A DNA stretch of 64,000 nucleotides from Adineta vaga. Its lineage: Eukaryota; Animalia; Rotifera. Positions 35,797 through 49,198 of this stretch are shown in pieces (the stretch's first letter is position 1; each line of letters opens with the position of its first letter). The position numbers and the translations under genes were made by a program. Location of the stretch: NCBI GenBank assembly GCA_021613535.1, contig CP075495.1:15376001-15440000 (forward strand), written 5' to 3'. The notes under the pieces were generated by a model, which saw only the letters and a list, made by a program, of their open reading frames with translations, was not told the DNA's origin and did no database searches.

Positions 35797-37075
35797 GTTT
35801 TCAAGAGTGGAAAAACAATAAACTTCTAAATTGTGGATCGGAATATCTACTTTTTATTCTTTTATATTCAATGGTGACTATTTTAACCAATAGGAATGAA
35901 ATGTAAATATCTCTCGAGAGGACGTATCTTGACAAAAGAACGAAAATGGAATGAATTGATCAAATGTTGTAATTTGATTGAAAATTATTCATTATGACAA
36001 TGGTGAATCACATAAAAATTATCTAGCCTGATCTATGCATTACAAGTAAAAACTTCGAACGTATAATGTTCTTACAGTCAGTGTCCTAGAAAAAGAATGA
36101 TTGGCTTCACGGATATCAACGAATATAATATATAGATCCTTACGAATCACGTATCAATTTTATCAGTACGATCAACAATTGCTGAAACTATGGAATTTAC
36201 AGAGAAAACGAAATGTAATGATTTAGTTAATCTTTCAGGAATTTAATATTTTTCTCTTCATCGTTTGGAAATATTGGGTACATCGTTATAAATGACGTAG
36301 TCTCATAGTAATCTTCATTTAAATCTTTTTACAATTATTCTTTTATGATATTTTTGAAGTAGATGTGAATATGGATTTCAGTCAGAATGATACAACTTAA
36401 GCAATAATGACAAGTAAATTCTTGGTTTTTGCTACGTCTGGGCTTATAGTAACTAGGGTGAGAGGAAAATTCCTTTCATTATATCGTTCTATTATCTATG
36501 GTCAAGGGAATGAATACCAGTACAACTACATAAATCCAGGCATCATTAGATGACGAAATAAATTGGACTGAGAGTGATAGAACGCAAAAGAGATTGTGAC
36601 GTCCAGTATATGATTAAGCGATTATACGATATCACATAAGTTACATACAGCTTTTGACTTCGCCATGATTCAGTGATCCAGGGTAAAGTTTAAACACAAT
36701 CAGTGATAGAAAAGTATACATGTGATTGTTTGTTAGAGAGAGAGAGAAGAAAACACACAAATAATATTAACAAATCATTTCCAGCGACAAGAAGTACTAG
36801 ATCACTCCACGTTTTATACTAACGCAACGGTTTGAACTTGTATAATTCATTGAATATTGATCAAAATGACTTTGTTTCCACGTCTCTATTCATCTCACGA
36901 TGACTTTCGAAACAATGGTGGACATATCAGACGTCGAATAGTACGTATGTCCATTATTACTTTTGCGGACGTGCAAACAATTCAAGAAAAAGGTCGTCCT
37001 TCTTGAAGAAAATGAAGCATATATAACTGAGTAATGATAGTGACAAAAAGAGAGAATTGAGGTGAGGTAATAGAC

Positions 37076-37485
37076 ATGGCTATATCGCTGACCAAAGAAC
37101 AGGTATGAAATCTGCTGTTGAAAAGAGCTTTCTTCATTTAGTATCACTTCCCCATAATACAATTCAACTTTTTTCTCACTCAATATTCAGTTGATCAAAA
37201 ATTTTATTTTATGTTTTAGTTGTTAAAAGTCAAGACCAAACAAAAGCAAGTGACAAGTGATTATGACGAGGCAAGAATAAAACTGGCTCAATGTTCACTT
37301 CTTTATGAACCCACTAGATGGATCCATTTGTACAGAGTTATACAACAACTCTCAGTTCAACTGAATTCCATCACTATTGAGCTACAAAAACTCGAAGGTA
37401 GTTTAACTTGAATTAATACATGACTTGATTGTTGATTCTTTTAGAAATTCACATCAATCAAAGACGTGGCAAATTGGCATATTAA
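37076..37485 (+). CDS. Small three-exon helical/coiled-coil protein (~81 aa), unknown function
   Basis: Exons 37076-37102, 37220-37397 and 37445-37485 join via GTATGA..TTTTAG and GTAGTT..TTTTAG to give MAISLTKEQ-LLKVKTKQKQ...ELQKLE-EIHINQRRGKLAY*. Confidence 0.5.
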
Positions 37486-38036
37486 CTTATGTTCAATGAT
37501 TCATTTGTCTTATTTCAATGAAATCATTTGAATATTTGTGCAATTGTTGGAGATCGTGTTGTTTTTTCTTAATTCTTATTTCGTGGTATTATTCAAATTA
37601 TTCATTACGTTATTGAATTTTGTTGATTAATAAATCAAAATAAATCCCTAATTATTCATGAAAGATAAACAATTTCAAAGATTAATATCGATCTCACGAA
37701 TTTCTTCGAAAAAAAAACTAATTGTTCGAGAATCGAATTTTATGTCATAGGTGCAGGAGTATAGACAAAGTTTGAAAAAAGTAAAAGTTTATCGTGATTT
37801 TCTTGACAGATCGATAACGAAGATTACACACTCGACGTTGTAAAAAACACAATAGTAGAAGAAAAGCAAAAGACAGTCAATCGGCATGATTCGTTTATTC
37901 GCTCTTTTGAATGACATTTTAAATGCCAATAAGATTTCGTCATACATCATAGAAGAGGACACGTCTTAACAGAAGAAACGCAAATGAAAAAGAAAATGTT
38001 AATGGAATATTTTCGAAAATTTTGAAAAAAATCAAA

Positions 38037-41000
38037 ATGACAAGTACAGGACAATTACCAATACCATGGAAAAGTACAGCAGCAACTTTATTCAATCCGT
38101 ATTTGAATGCAAATCAAAGATCAAATATTACTCGTCAACAATCAGGTCGTTCACGCACATCAACTGCTACTCAACAGGCACGAGTTCCACCAGAAAGTCT
38201 TGTTGGTGCTGGAAATCGTAAAGTAACTTCATCTGAATCGCAGAAAAGACCACGATCAAAACATTTTCCAAGTTCAAATGCAGCACAAGAAGTTTCTATT
38301 TATGTTCAACAAATGATTCATTGTCAAACTGATCTGGAAAATGAAGAGAAATTCAAACGTACAATGAATACATCACATGAAAGAAATTTTCATAGAAAAA
38401 GAACTGATTTAACCAGAGAACAAACAAAAGGTAAAATTTTATTTTTTTGTTTTAGAGAAAAATATTTTGTTATTTTTTATTATATTTTAGTATCTTCATT
38501 TGAATTAGATGAATTTTTTAATTCAACAAATGAGCAAATGTCACGTGTTGCATCAAAATTGCTTACTCATGAATCTGATTTTTATGAACATTGTCCTCAT
38601 CGAAAAGAAAGGTTTGTTTTATTTTTACAAACGACAAATCGATCATTTCATTTGATATCTATATCGAGACAACAATTTATTCTTTAGTCCGAAATATAAA
38701 CCAAATAAAAAACGTCCAGGTTTTACATTGGCTGACATGTGTAATGTAGCTACGAATGTAGGAGATAAATTAATTCAGAGTAGAGAAAAGGTATTCTAAT
38801 ATAAAATAATGTATAACTAACGAAATCTAATATTTGTGGTTTGAATTTAATTGATCTTTCATTATCGTTTCATTTATATGTTTATCTAATCAATTAGGTT
38901 GGTCTTGAAACTATTCGTGGTTTTCGTTTACCATCAGCACGATTAACTTATGAACCACATGAACATTATCCAACTGATCCATCATATCTTCTTGGTCAAC
39001 CAATTGTTCAGTAACTTATTTTGCATTCAAATAAAAAAATGAATTTTATCCTTTGATTGTTTTTTAGTGATCGAGTTCATTTAAATGATATATTAAATGA
39101 TGATAATTATTCGAAAGAAACTATCGTAGAATTTGTTGATCATGATGCGATAGATGAACGAATTTCACGAGCAAGTCGAAATCATCCAAAATCAGCAACA
39201 TCAACACAATCAAAGATTATTGAATTAAAAGATTGGAGAGGAAAAATTACTCAAGGAAGTTTACCTGAGTATATAATTTAATCATGAACTTTTCAAGTAA
39301 ACAAAAAAAAGTCAATCTATTTTCTTTGTAGTGTTCGAAGTCAATCTCGACGACAACGTTCAGAATCAGTTGAATCTCCTCAACGACCATGTACAGCTGC
39401 AAGTAATTTCTCAAAATCACGACCTGAATCAACCGATGAATTATTGAATGATGATGATGAAAGAGAAGAAGAAGAAATTGTTAGTAAAATTTATTTCTTT
39501 TCGAAATTAAATTCTTTGGAGTTTTTTTACATAGAAAATTTCCAAATCTGAAAATGTTCGTAGTGCACCAGTTAGTTCAGCATTAAAAAATCCATCGACT
39601 TATCAACAACGACAACGAAGTTATCCACTCAATGTTCGAATTCATGATGTAAATTCTAAACAAGAACATGAACAAGTAATATATACATGACATATCTTTC
39701 TATTTCTTTTTCTTTTCCTTTTCGTTTAAGAATATCAATAGAGATAAATCTATTCAATATCCTCAGGAAAATGGTAAATAAAAATAAAAGATATCTTTCA
39801 AATGAAATTTCTTTTTTTATTTAGTCGATCCATCGATGTCCAGATCTGTAAATGAAGATCAAGGTAATGAAATGATTATTCGTCCATCATCTGAATCAAT
39901 ACTTTCAACACGAACAACACCAATAACAATGTTTACACGAGAATCTCAACAACATCATGAAAATTCTCTACCAAATAAACCAAATTATAAATTAATTCGA
40001 AGTTCAACATGTCATGTTTATCGAACAATTCCTGAAATCAATGAAAATACAAATCTAAATCCATTAAATGAACAATTTAGTCAATTATCACTTCCTCAAT
40101 TGGAACTTTTAGAAAACTATGATCCATTAATAAGTACAAAAATCGGTGCACCTTTTATACCTGCTCAAATGTTAGCAAGACCTCGTGATGCTCAACTTTC
40201 AGCTAAACGTTCACCCGAAGAAATTGAACGAGATTATCCAAAGTAATTATTCATCTTTTATTTCTTATTCAATAAAAACGATGAAATCTTTTTTCTTTAG
40301 AAAAAATGGTCAACCCGTTTTTGAAATTCGTACATCACGTTCAACACATAATTTAATTGATATTGCTCAAACACTTCAATCAAGTCGATCTAAACGAATA
40401 CCTGTGGAAAGACAAACAACATTTGAAAGACCAGAAAATGAAGAACCAGTTGAAGAAAGTTTACATATTAAATCAATTGATAATCCAAATCGATTAGCTA
40501 TTGAACTTTATACACCATCGAAACAAACTTCTGTCATTCAACAAACCAATTCATCAAAATTATCAACAAAACAAAGTTCAAGTATATCAGATTATCTTTC
40601 AATTTTAGATAAACAATCAACTGAAATTGAATCGTAAGATTTTTCTCGAGAAAAATTCTTTCTTCTATTTATTTCCTAGTTCTAAAACTGATGAACCTAT
40701 TCAATCGAATCTAAGTATTATTAATATTCGAACACAACAAGGTTAATCAATCATATGTATTGATCATAATTAGACTCGATTTTCTTTTATAGAAGTCGAT
40801 CAAATTCGTCCACGAAAGAAACTTCCGTCAAAACGTTTAACATTTCCAACTACAATTGTTACAAATCTGAACTCAAATTCTCCCCGGCAACCAAATTCAA
40901 AAGCACAAGGACGACCAATTCCAAGTGTTTTTCTTACACAAGATCCAGTAAAAACGTTTTACTTTCTTTTTTTCTTCTTTCTCATTCGAATACCTTTAGG

Positions 41001-42387
41001 ATGAATTCAATTATTCGACATCTGTTTATCGTCATGCAAAAAATGATGTAGATATTAAACGTGTATTCAAAGGATATGTTAAACAAAATCTTCATCGAAA
41101 ATTATCAGCTGATGAAAGAAAAAAACGTGAAGAACAACAACAAGCTGCTGTGAAAATTCAAAGGTATGGGCAAAGGAAAAAGATTTTCAACGTAGGAAAA
41201 TTATTATGGTTCTTTATATAGAGCTTTTCGAGAACATTTACAACGACGAGATGAAATTGAAAATCGTCGACCATTATCAAGTGAAAAACGTCAACGAGAA
41301 AAAATTCATCGACAAGTTCTTTCAGCTAAACGTGCACAATATGTTGAACAAAAATTAACGGAACAAACAAGGTTTCATTGAATGTTGGTTTTCTTTATAT
41401 TTGAAATTCTTTCCGTTTAGAATTGATAAAGCAAATAAACAACTAAAACAATTAATTAATGATACAGGACCATCTGTTGAAGTTTTTGGGTAAAGTTTTT
41501 ATTTATTTTTTTATTATTCAGAAGAGAAAATCTTTGTTTTATTTAGACAATTCAATCAAGTTGAAGCACAATTTTCCAAAGCAACACTTAATCGAGCTGC
41601 AACATGTATTCAACGATGGTGGAAAGGTTTTATTATTCGACATCGAGCAAAATCTTTAAGAGAAGAAGTTTGTTTTTCTATTGAATCATGTTTTTTTTTT
41701 CTTCTTTTCTTTAATTCATTCAAGGTTGCTACATTTGGATCAACATGGTCAGAATTTATTTTACATTATCGTGATGTTATTCGACGAATACAAAAAATGC
41801 GTGAATCAAAATATGGACAATTTCATTTTAGTCGTGATCAAGCAAAAGATTTTCTAACAACTGAAAAAAGTATAAGTATTTCGAATTGATTTTCTAAATA
41901 AATCTTTTGATATTAAATAGAATTAACAACTATTTATAATACAATGTCGTTTAATGATAAATTAGATCAAGATGAAATTGAACATTTCTTTCAATGTTGT
42001 GATTTTTCAGCAACATCAAATGAAATTCAACAAGCATTAAAAGCTGTTTTTAAATGTAATTGATCTCTTTCAAATTCTCATTTCCCTTCTTTTTCTTTTT
42101 GTTAAATCTTTCTAGATTATCCTTCGAAGAAAAATGATGGATTAACAAAAGAAATGGTGTTTGATACTGTTTATTATATTTATCCACCATTAGGAACAGG
42201 ATTAGAATCAACAAGACAATCAACATGGGTTCGACCGATTATCGATGGAGAAGATGAAACTGCGATTCAAGGTTAGAAAATTATACTGAGCAAGGAATTT
42301 TATTATGAAAAATTTCTTTTAGGTACACCTTTCTTGGAATCAATTGATATGAATGCTGTTTATAAATTCTTGGGCAAACCTCATTGA
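38037..42387 (+). CDS. IQCM: IQ-motif protein, IQCM-like (many short introns)
   Basis: IQ motifs QQAAVKIQRAFREH and NRAATCIQRWWKGF. C-terminal HFFQCCDF...YIYPPLG...STWVRPIIDGED matches the IQCM C-terminal block as recalled. Stop TGA at 42385-42387. Confidence 0.75.
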
Positions 42388-42468
42388 GATATTTTCATGG
42401 GTGCTTTATTTAACATTTATTTTTAATTAAATAAACTTCTTCGTCTTTTCTATGAGTTAATTTTATTT

Positions 42469-42831
42469 TCAATTTGAATAGTGTGCTTTCACGTTAATCA
42501 CTTGATTTTGATCGTTAAATTCAAAATATTCCATAGCAATCATATTATTCACACTTTTATAATGAATAATTAAAGAATTAACAGATAGAGAAGTGCTTAA
42601 TAATTCAAAATGTAAAGCAGGAAATTTTTCTAATGCTCGAGAAAAATAATCTTGTAAATCTTTTTTGTTTGAAATTGTTCCAGTTGGATCATTATTAAAT
42701 TGAACAATTAATGGTGATGTAAAATGAATTGCATCATCATCGTAATGACTCATAATCTTATGAATATCATGACTATTCCATGAATCAATCCAGTCTTTTG
42801 TAAAATGGTTTGCAAATTCTTTGCTAATCAT
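42469..42831 (-). CDS. SnoaL-like / NTF2-fold protein, bacterial type (120 aa, intronless)
   Basis: MISKEFANHFTKDWIDSWNSHDIHKIMSHY...FTSP...YFSRALEKFPALHFEL...VNSLIIHY is the typical bacterial SnoaL_2 pattern. Confidence 0.85.
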   Translation of the reverse strand: MISKEFANHFTKDWIDSWNSHDIHKIMSHYDDDAIHFTSPLIVQFNNDPTGTISNKKDLQDYFSRALEKFPALHFELLSTSLSVNSLIIHYKSVNNMIAMEYFEFNDQNQVINVKAHYSN

Positions 42832-43061
42832 CTTTTTTTGTACAATCGACAAATAAATAATACACGAAATACATATCAACCATCATTGATTTTAAATATT
42901 GTTTTGCCTCTTTTCGAAGAACAAAAAAGAGGGCGTTTGATATAGGCAAGAAAATCTTTACATACTATATCATTTGATCATGAGTTGCCTAGTTCGAATT
43001 ATAATATAAATGCACATTTAGCTATATAATATCACTTCGAAAACAAATGACAAAACTTGGA

Positions 43062-43518
43062 CTAGATGGGCTTAACCGATTTTTCTTCGACAACTTTCAT
43101 AGGATTTGTATTTTGATGAACGATTTGACTTGAAACGTTTTCGATAATTTCATCCATTAATGATCTAGTAGTAAAATTAATTTCACGCATCAAGGCATCA
43201 GTTAAAGCTTTATCTTGTTGGTTCAACTCATTATAAGCTTGTTGCCATTCAAGATCGAGTTCGTTCTAAGCTTGGACGACTCCATCGTTGGAAGATGGAA
43301 AATAGTTCTACAGTATACAGTAAACTAATTGTTTATTATTTGCGCTTTTCGATTAATAAAATATATTCTTCAGTTTTACCTCTCGAGTTGTTTCTAGAGG
43401 CGTAAGTCAGATGTGAAAGCAGGGGGACGTCACGGCTCACACGCCCACTTATGCGACTAGTTTTTCACGTAAGACTTGAATGGCATGGGCATATGGTCGT
43501 TGTAATAGAAAAGACATT
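43062..43518 (-). pseudogene. Disrupted paralog of the 48798-49198 gene
   Basis: MSFLLQRPYAHAIQVLRE[65-bp insert]TTRE, intron, then NYFPSSNDGVVQA*NELDLEWQQAY...REINF; carries an in-frame TAG and an insertion. Confidence 0.75.
43395..43459. mobile_element. 65-bp mini element (hAT-like termini) inserted in exon 1 of the pseudogene
   Basis: TAGAGGCGTAAGT ... ACTTATGCGACTA (10/13 inverted match); GC-rich; absent from the intact paralog at 49133-49198. Confidence 0.55.
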
Positions 43519-43532
43519 TGAATTTGAATTAC

Positions 43533-43679
43533 GCCAGGTCAATCAATCCTAACCAACGGATTCCGGTCCGGATTTTGCCGAAATACATCAAAATCCGACG
43601 AAAACCGATAACTTTTCGAGATATTCTGATCGAAATTACGCGGAACCGACCGGATTCGATGTATCCATTTTGACCTGGG
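43533..43679. mobile_element. MITE with CCAGGTCAA termini
   Basis: (G)CCAGGTCAA ... TTGACCTGGG with internal CGGATT/AATCCG repeats; absent from the paralogous upstream region at ~49200-49300. Confidence 0.6.
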
Positions 43680-44438
43680 TGAAATAAAGTTCAAATAAAA
43701 TAATTCTTTTTTTTTCGAATCAGATATCCAAGACGATTAAAAGTATTTCAACATGAGATACGAACTTGATTTATTGAGAAGCACATATTGTATATACTCT
43801 TTCCGAATACTTTCACTATTCAATATTCGGAATAAAAAGATGGTACGAAATTTAAATTTCCTAATCGATCTATATAAACCATTTCAAATAAAATAAGAAT
43901 TTCTAAAAGTTAATCAAGAATAAAAATGCGGAGACTTCGGATTTTATCCGAAAGTTAGAATGATCTCATATTACCATTACGCCGCGAGTATCCATCTTAA
44001 AACAGACCAGTGTTTCTTCTGAAAGGTGAGGAATCTGACTGAATTTGGTCATTACTCAACGAGATACCACGCCGGATTTTACAACGTTTCCCATAATTTG
44101 AAATAAGCTAAATTTTGAGAATTCTTTATAGGATTCGTCACTAATTCTGACGCTGTATATAATGCGACTCTCATAAATCCACCATTATTATTCCAAAATA
44201 AAATTTGCACAGCATTTATCTAATTATTCTAACTAAATTTATCTAGCTGCATCTAGGATTTGTTTGAGTATGTCAAATATCTTTCAAAGAATTTCATCTA
44301 ATTTCTAATCAATTTGACACGATTTCCGGTGCATTTCAGGATGTATTATCTAGATTTCAATCACTTACTCTCATAAACCTCTACAATCAGTTGCAGAAAA
44401 CACCATAGAAATGACATAGAAAACCACTACTATATATA

Positions 44439-44878
44439 CAGTAAAACCTTTTTATAGTGGACACTGTCGGGACCATTCAAAAGTGTCCACTGTAAAGAGA
44501 TGTCCACTATATAGAGGTGAGGTATTTTATAGAAAAGCTCGTTCAAACACAGAGTAAATATGTTTTGTCGATACCTAAGGGTTCCTAGTGAACAATACAA
44601 GATGCTACTGTGTATTATTAATTGTTCTTATATGCATTTTTGCTCTCGATAACTTCATAGTTGTCAAAAATCTAGTCGAATTTCTCTTATGAGCATCCAT
44701 ACACTTGTCAAAAATCTTCATCGTATATAATTATATTTCAAATGTCCACTATACAGAGGTCCATTTCCTGCAAAAACTAACATCTGGTACTTTCAAAACT
44801 GTCCACTATGTAGAGGTTCACTTCCAGCAAAAAGCGGTCCGTCGGACCTCAAAGTGTGCACTATGAGAGGTTCTACTG
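44439..44878. mobile_element. pogo/Tigger-type MITE with TA target duplication
   Basis: TA|CAGTAAAACCTTTTTATAGTGGACAC ... GTGCACTATGAGAGGTTCTACTG|TA; internal GTCCACTAT..AGAGG repeats. Confidence 0.85.
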
Positions 44879-45746
44879 TATAGTTGTTTTTTTGCCAAAC
44901 AAAACGGCAAACGAGTAGTCGTCCGAAACTTCGATGAAAATTGAATACGTGTAAAGTCGATTCTGGGAGCGATTGAAAAGGGTTAATTACTGTTTGTAAT
45001 TGTGATATTGGTAAGAGAGATAGTTCATTATCAGCTAATCTGTAATTATCAATCATTTGAAAAGAAGATATAGTTCAGGTATGAATGATAATATTGGTTG
45101 AATACGATTCCAATTATTTTGTGTTATTTTATATAAAGTTAACGAACGAAGTTGACAAAATTGTGAATAATACGAGAAAGAAGACCAATATTAACAAATG
45201 GCATTGTTACTAAATAGTATATATATGGATTTTGTCGAAAAGTTTAAAAATTTCAAAATACAATAATATTTAACGTTTGATCGATAACGCCGATAATTAA
45301 AATAGTAAAACCTTCATAAATTGATATTTGTTCTCCGAGGTATATTAATGACATAGCAAATGATGATAAAAAGTGCTGTTTTAGTACTGAAATATATAGA
45401 AATAAATGTATACTACAAAAAAGGTATGAGAAAACATAGAGAAGGATTAGTATTTTTGCAATAACTCAGGTATAGCTAATCCAATCAGGCTCATCTTCAA
45501 ACTCGAGGGAGATATTGATTGATATTTACATCAAATATTTTAGTCGAATTAAAAGTTTTGTATTCTCTCACAGTTTCTGCGTGCACCAAGAATAGCAATG
45601 TCAATCTTCGATGGTTTCTTTTTTTGTAAAATATCTGTTTTCCATAGTTTATGAAAAACTAATGAAAAGAACACAAAGAAAACTCTAGATAAAAAAGTTA
45701 ATTAATAATCTTTGCCGTATGTCAAAAAAGAAATAGGAAATTGTAT

Positions 45747-46987
45747 TCATTTTCGAGTAAATGGATGATTTATCACTTGACGAATATTTGCTCTTCGACG
45801 TGGATCACGTACTAACGTACGACGAAGCATATCAAGTAAAGCACGATCTGGATAAGGTGGTAATCTAGGTGGTGGATTTGCAGCTAATATTGGATGATAA
45901 GTTGGTGCAGTACCGTAAACCATAAAATAAAGTATAGCACCTAATGACCATATATCTGCTTTTGGACTATAATGACGTCGAACACCCTGAATATCTTCCA
46001 TGACTTCCGGAGCACTTTTTTTAAGAAAAATAAAAATTCTAAATATTCATTGATTATTTAAAACTTACCTAAAACCAAAAGTGCCTAATCTAGCATCACT
46101 ATGACGAAAAGATACATCGTTTTGAATATTTTTAATAGAAAAAAAATGTCTTACTGTAAGGCATCATCCTTTTTAGCTATACCTAAATCACCGATTTTAA
46201 GCGTTGCTCCGAAAAGAATTAAATTATCTGGTTTTAAATCCATATGAACAATTCGATTTTTCTGAAGTGTCTTTACAATACTAACTGTTTGACGCCAAAA
46301 TTCTTTAATCATATCTATATCAATTGCTGGACCAGGTGTTTGAGTCATTTGTTGTAATCGAAGAACTAATGTTGTTAAATTTTCTTGACCTAATTCCATA
46401 ATAATATAAGCTATGAAAGAAAAACAATAATTATATTTCTAACAAAAAATTTTTCTTTATCTTTTTACCATGTCCAGCTCGAGGATCAAAACCAAAATTA
46501 TGAATAACAATAACATGATTTGTTTCTTTTCGTAATCGATTTAATTGAGCAACTTCAGTTAAAAACGATTGAACACGACCTTCCATTACTGGACGTGGCA
46601 TATTATTTAACATAATCACTTTAATAGCAACGGGTGTTCCATTAGGCATTTTTGATCGATAAACGGCACCTATTCATCAGATTAGAAATATAATCTACTT
46701 AATATCAGTATTAAGTTTATATTTACCAAAACCACCATCACCTAAACATGCTTCAAATACATATGGTCGACCATTAATAACAAACCGTCTACCAACAAGT
46801 GCACGATTAGCAGGTTGACGACACTTCCCATCTGGATAACTTCTATGATATGCTACGGGATAATTTCTAGAATAATCTCTAGGATAAATTCCATAATGAT
46901 TAATAGGTAAACCTATGTGATAAAAACAGATGTATTTTATTTGATCTTTTCAATATAATTTCAATACAAACTTGATGCTTTTCCCAT
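45747..46987 (-). CDS. Ser/Thr protein kinase, Mps1/TTK-like kinase domain (6 exons, ~318 aa)
   Basis: Exons 46987-46972, 46912-46727, 46669-46469, 46410-46155, 46098-46069 and 46014-45747 total 957 nt. Motifs LGDGGFG, VAIK, IVHMDLKPDN, DLG, SAPE, KADIWSLGAILYFMVYG. Confidence 0.85.
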
Positions 46988-47939
46988 ATTATTTATAATA
47001 TAATTATAGATTCGTTTATTTATTGATGTAAATAAGATTGAAGAGAAAAAAACATGTTTGTATAGGTAAATAAACGTTTAGTTTAGGAGAAAAAGAAAAA
47101 AAAAACAGAAATATCTTTTCACAGTTAATGTACAAATGCGAAAAGTCACATCATTTCAGAGAATAAAATCAACTTGTTATAGTGCTTTTGATTGTAAATA
47201 GGCGATGAAAGTGACTACCAATTAAAATAAAAGCGTTAAAAAATGTAAAAACGTGTTCCATATAAATTGATGAAATTAACAGGTAGAATAAGAACATGTT
47301 TTCTTCCGATGTAATTATTCCACTTTAATTATACTTAAACGTAAATATTTTTCTTAGAGTATCTTCTACGGAACGTTGATTAAAAGTTTTGACAGACGTC
47401 ATTTTAACATTGTACAGAAATATAATTAATTACGATTTCAGTGATCAACAGAAAAAGAAGTAAATAATCTGTATATAACTCACGTAAAAAAGAGAAGAAA
47501 ATATTGAAAAACAAAGTTTTAGAATCTATGTCACGTTGTTCATAATTAATTTTAAGATATGAATAAATGTTGTTTAGATTTGATATAACAATTGATGTCA
47601 TTTTCTTATATACATTTTTGGATAAATATCTTTTTCAATATGTACACAATTATTAAATATCATAACAATTTAAAGAACAAATTCGAAATCTCTTGTTTGT
47701 AATGGATGATGTAAGAAAAGATCATCTGACGAATTCGTTTATCTACTGATTATTAATTTGCAATTCGTCTTGATTGTATTGATATGTAACTTATAAGATC
47801 AAATAATTTCGAAATATGATTAATCATTTCTTTCATTCTCTATAATTATATTCACATTAAATATCAAGTAGAGGAATAACAAAAACAATATGACATTACT
47901 CAAGGACATAACGAAATAGCATTAGTTATGAAGTAAAAA

Positions 47940-48446
47940 AACTGGAAACCGAAAACCTTGTGTTTGTATAGGGTGGGTGTGGGTCTGAATATAATATAGA
48001 CACTCACATCAACACCCTGCACCTTTCCATAATTCATGAAAAATTATATTTGAAAGCACACCATTGGTATATTCATTAGATTAAAATATTGCAAACCTCC
48101 ACCTGAGGCAAAAAATGTAGAAATTGGTACGAAAAGAAAAAGAGGCAGACCATCGAAAGCAAAAAAGCTTTATTAATTCAATGATCAGTTATATATATTT
48201 CATTTTTCTTTTTTTTCTTGCCAATTGCAAAGAAAAATAATGTAGTTTTCCTTTTGTTCTTGCTTAGATATGAAATTATTACTGTTGTGTAATAAACTAT
48301 TTATTGTTCATTTAATATTATAAACGTGCTCAAACAATGTTTTCTTATTGCTCGAAAGTTACTGCTAAATCATGTTTTTATTATTGCTCATTCTAATATT
48401 CTTATTGCTCATTCCAATATTTTTATTGCTCAAATAAATACAAGCC
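47940..48446 (+). mobile_element. Decayed MULE transposase C-terminus (SWIM finger + AT-hook) and subterminal repeats
   Basis: CTFP*FMKNYI*KHTIGIFIRLKYCKPPPEAKNVEIGTKRKRGRPSKAKK (degenerate CxC..CxH, RGRP) with stops and a frameshift; TTATTGCTC repeats at 48345-48432. Confidence 0.75.
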
Positions 48447-48797
48447 AAATACATATCAACCATCATTGATTTTAAATATTGTTTTGCCTCTTTTCGAAGA
48501 ACAAAAAAGAGGGCATTTAACATCGACACACGGATGTTCACTTAAAGAATGGAGTTGTACAATTACGGAATTCATTCCAATATTGTTCTTATCAATAAAA
48601 ATCTTTTTATATCATCATGGTTATTTACTAACTAGTTTCATTTGTCGACAAATATTTATATCTATACAAAAAAATTTTCATTTAAATGAAACAAACAAAA
48701 ATATAACTAGAAAAAGAAACTATGTCTAATTTCAATGAAGTAATATATCGATAAATAAAAATCTGAAACATTTATTATTAACTTGTAGTAGACGATT

Positions 48798-49198
48798 TTA
48801 ATTGGACTTGTTTTCTTTAAAATTTCCCATGTGATTTGTTTGTTCATGATTAATTTTGGTCGAAACTTTGTCGACCATTTCATTTAATAACGATTTGGTT
48901 ATAAAGTTTATTTCGCGAATTAACATATCATTTAATGTTTTTGTATGTGCTTGATATTGTTGTTCTAGATCGTCATAAGCTTGTTGCCATTGTAAATCAA
49001 CCAAATCAAGTTCATCATGTGCTTGTGTAACAGCATCACTAGACGATGGACAATAATTCTAAAATATACAGCAAATCACATGTTCATTATTTATGTGTTT
49101 CTTGATTAATAGAAAATGATTCTCAATCTTACTTCTCGAGTGTTTTCTCGCAAAACTCTAATAGCTTGACCGTATGGACGTTGTAATGGAGACGTCAT
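48798..49198 (-). CDS. Small two-exon helical protein (108 aa), unknown function (exons 49198-49133, 49058-48798)
   Basis: MTSPLQRPYGQAIRVLRENTRE/NYCPSSSDAVTQAHDELDLVDLQWQQAY...; GT-AG intron in frame; paralog at 43062-43518 has the same intron position. Confidence 0.7.

Noticed and set aside
44793-45056. 87-aa ORF
   Set aside because: It runs into the TIR of the pogo-type MITE; no coding signature.
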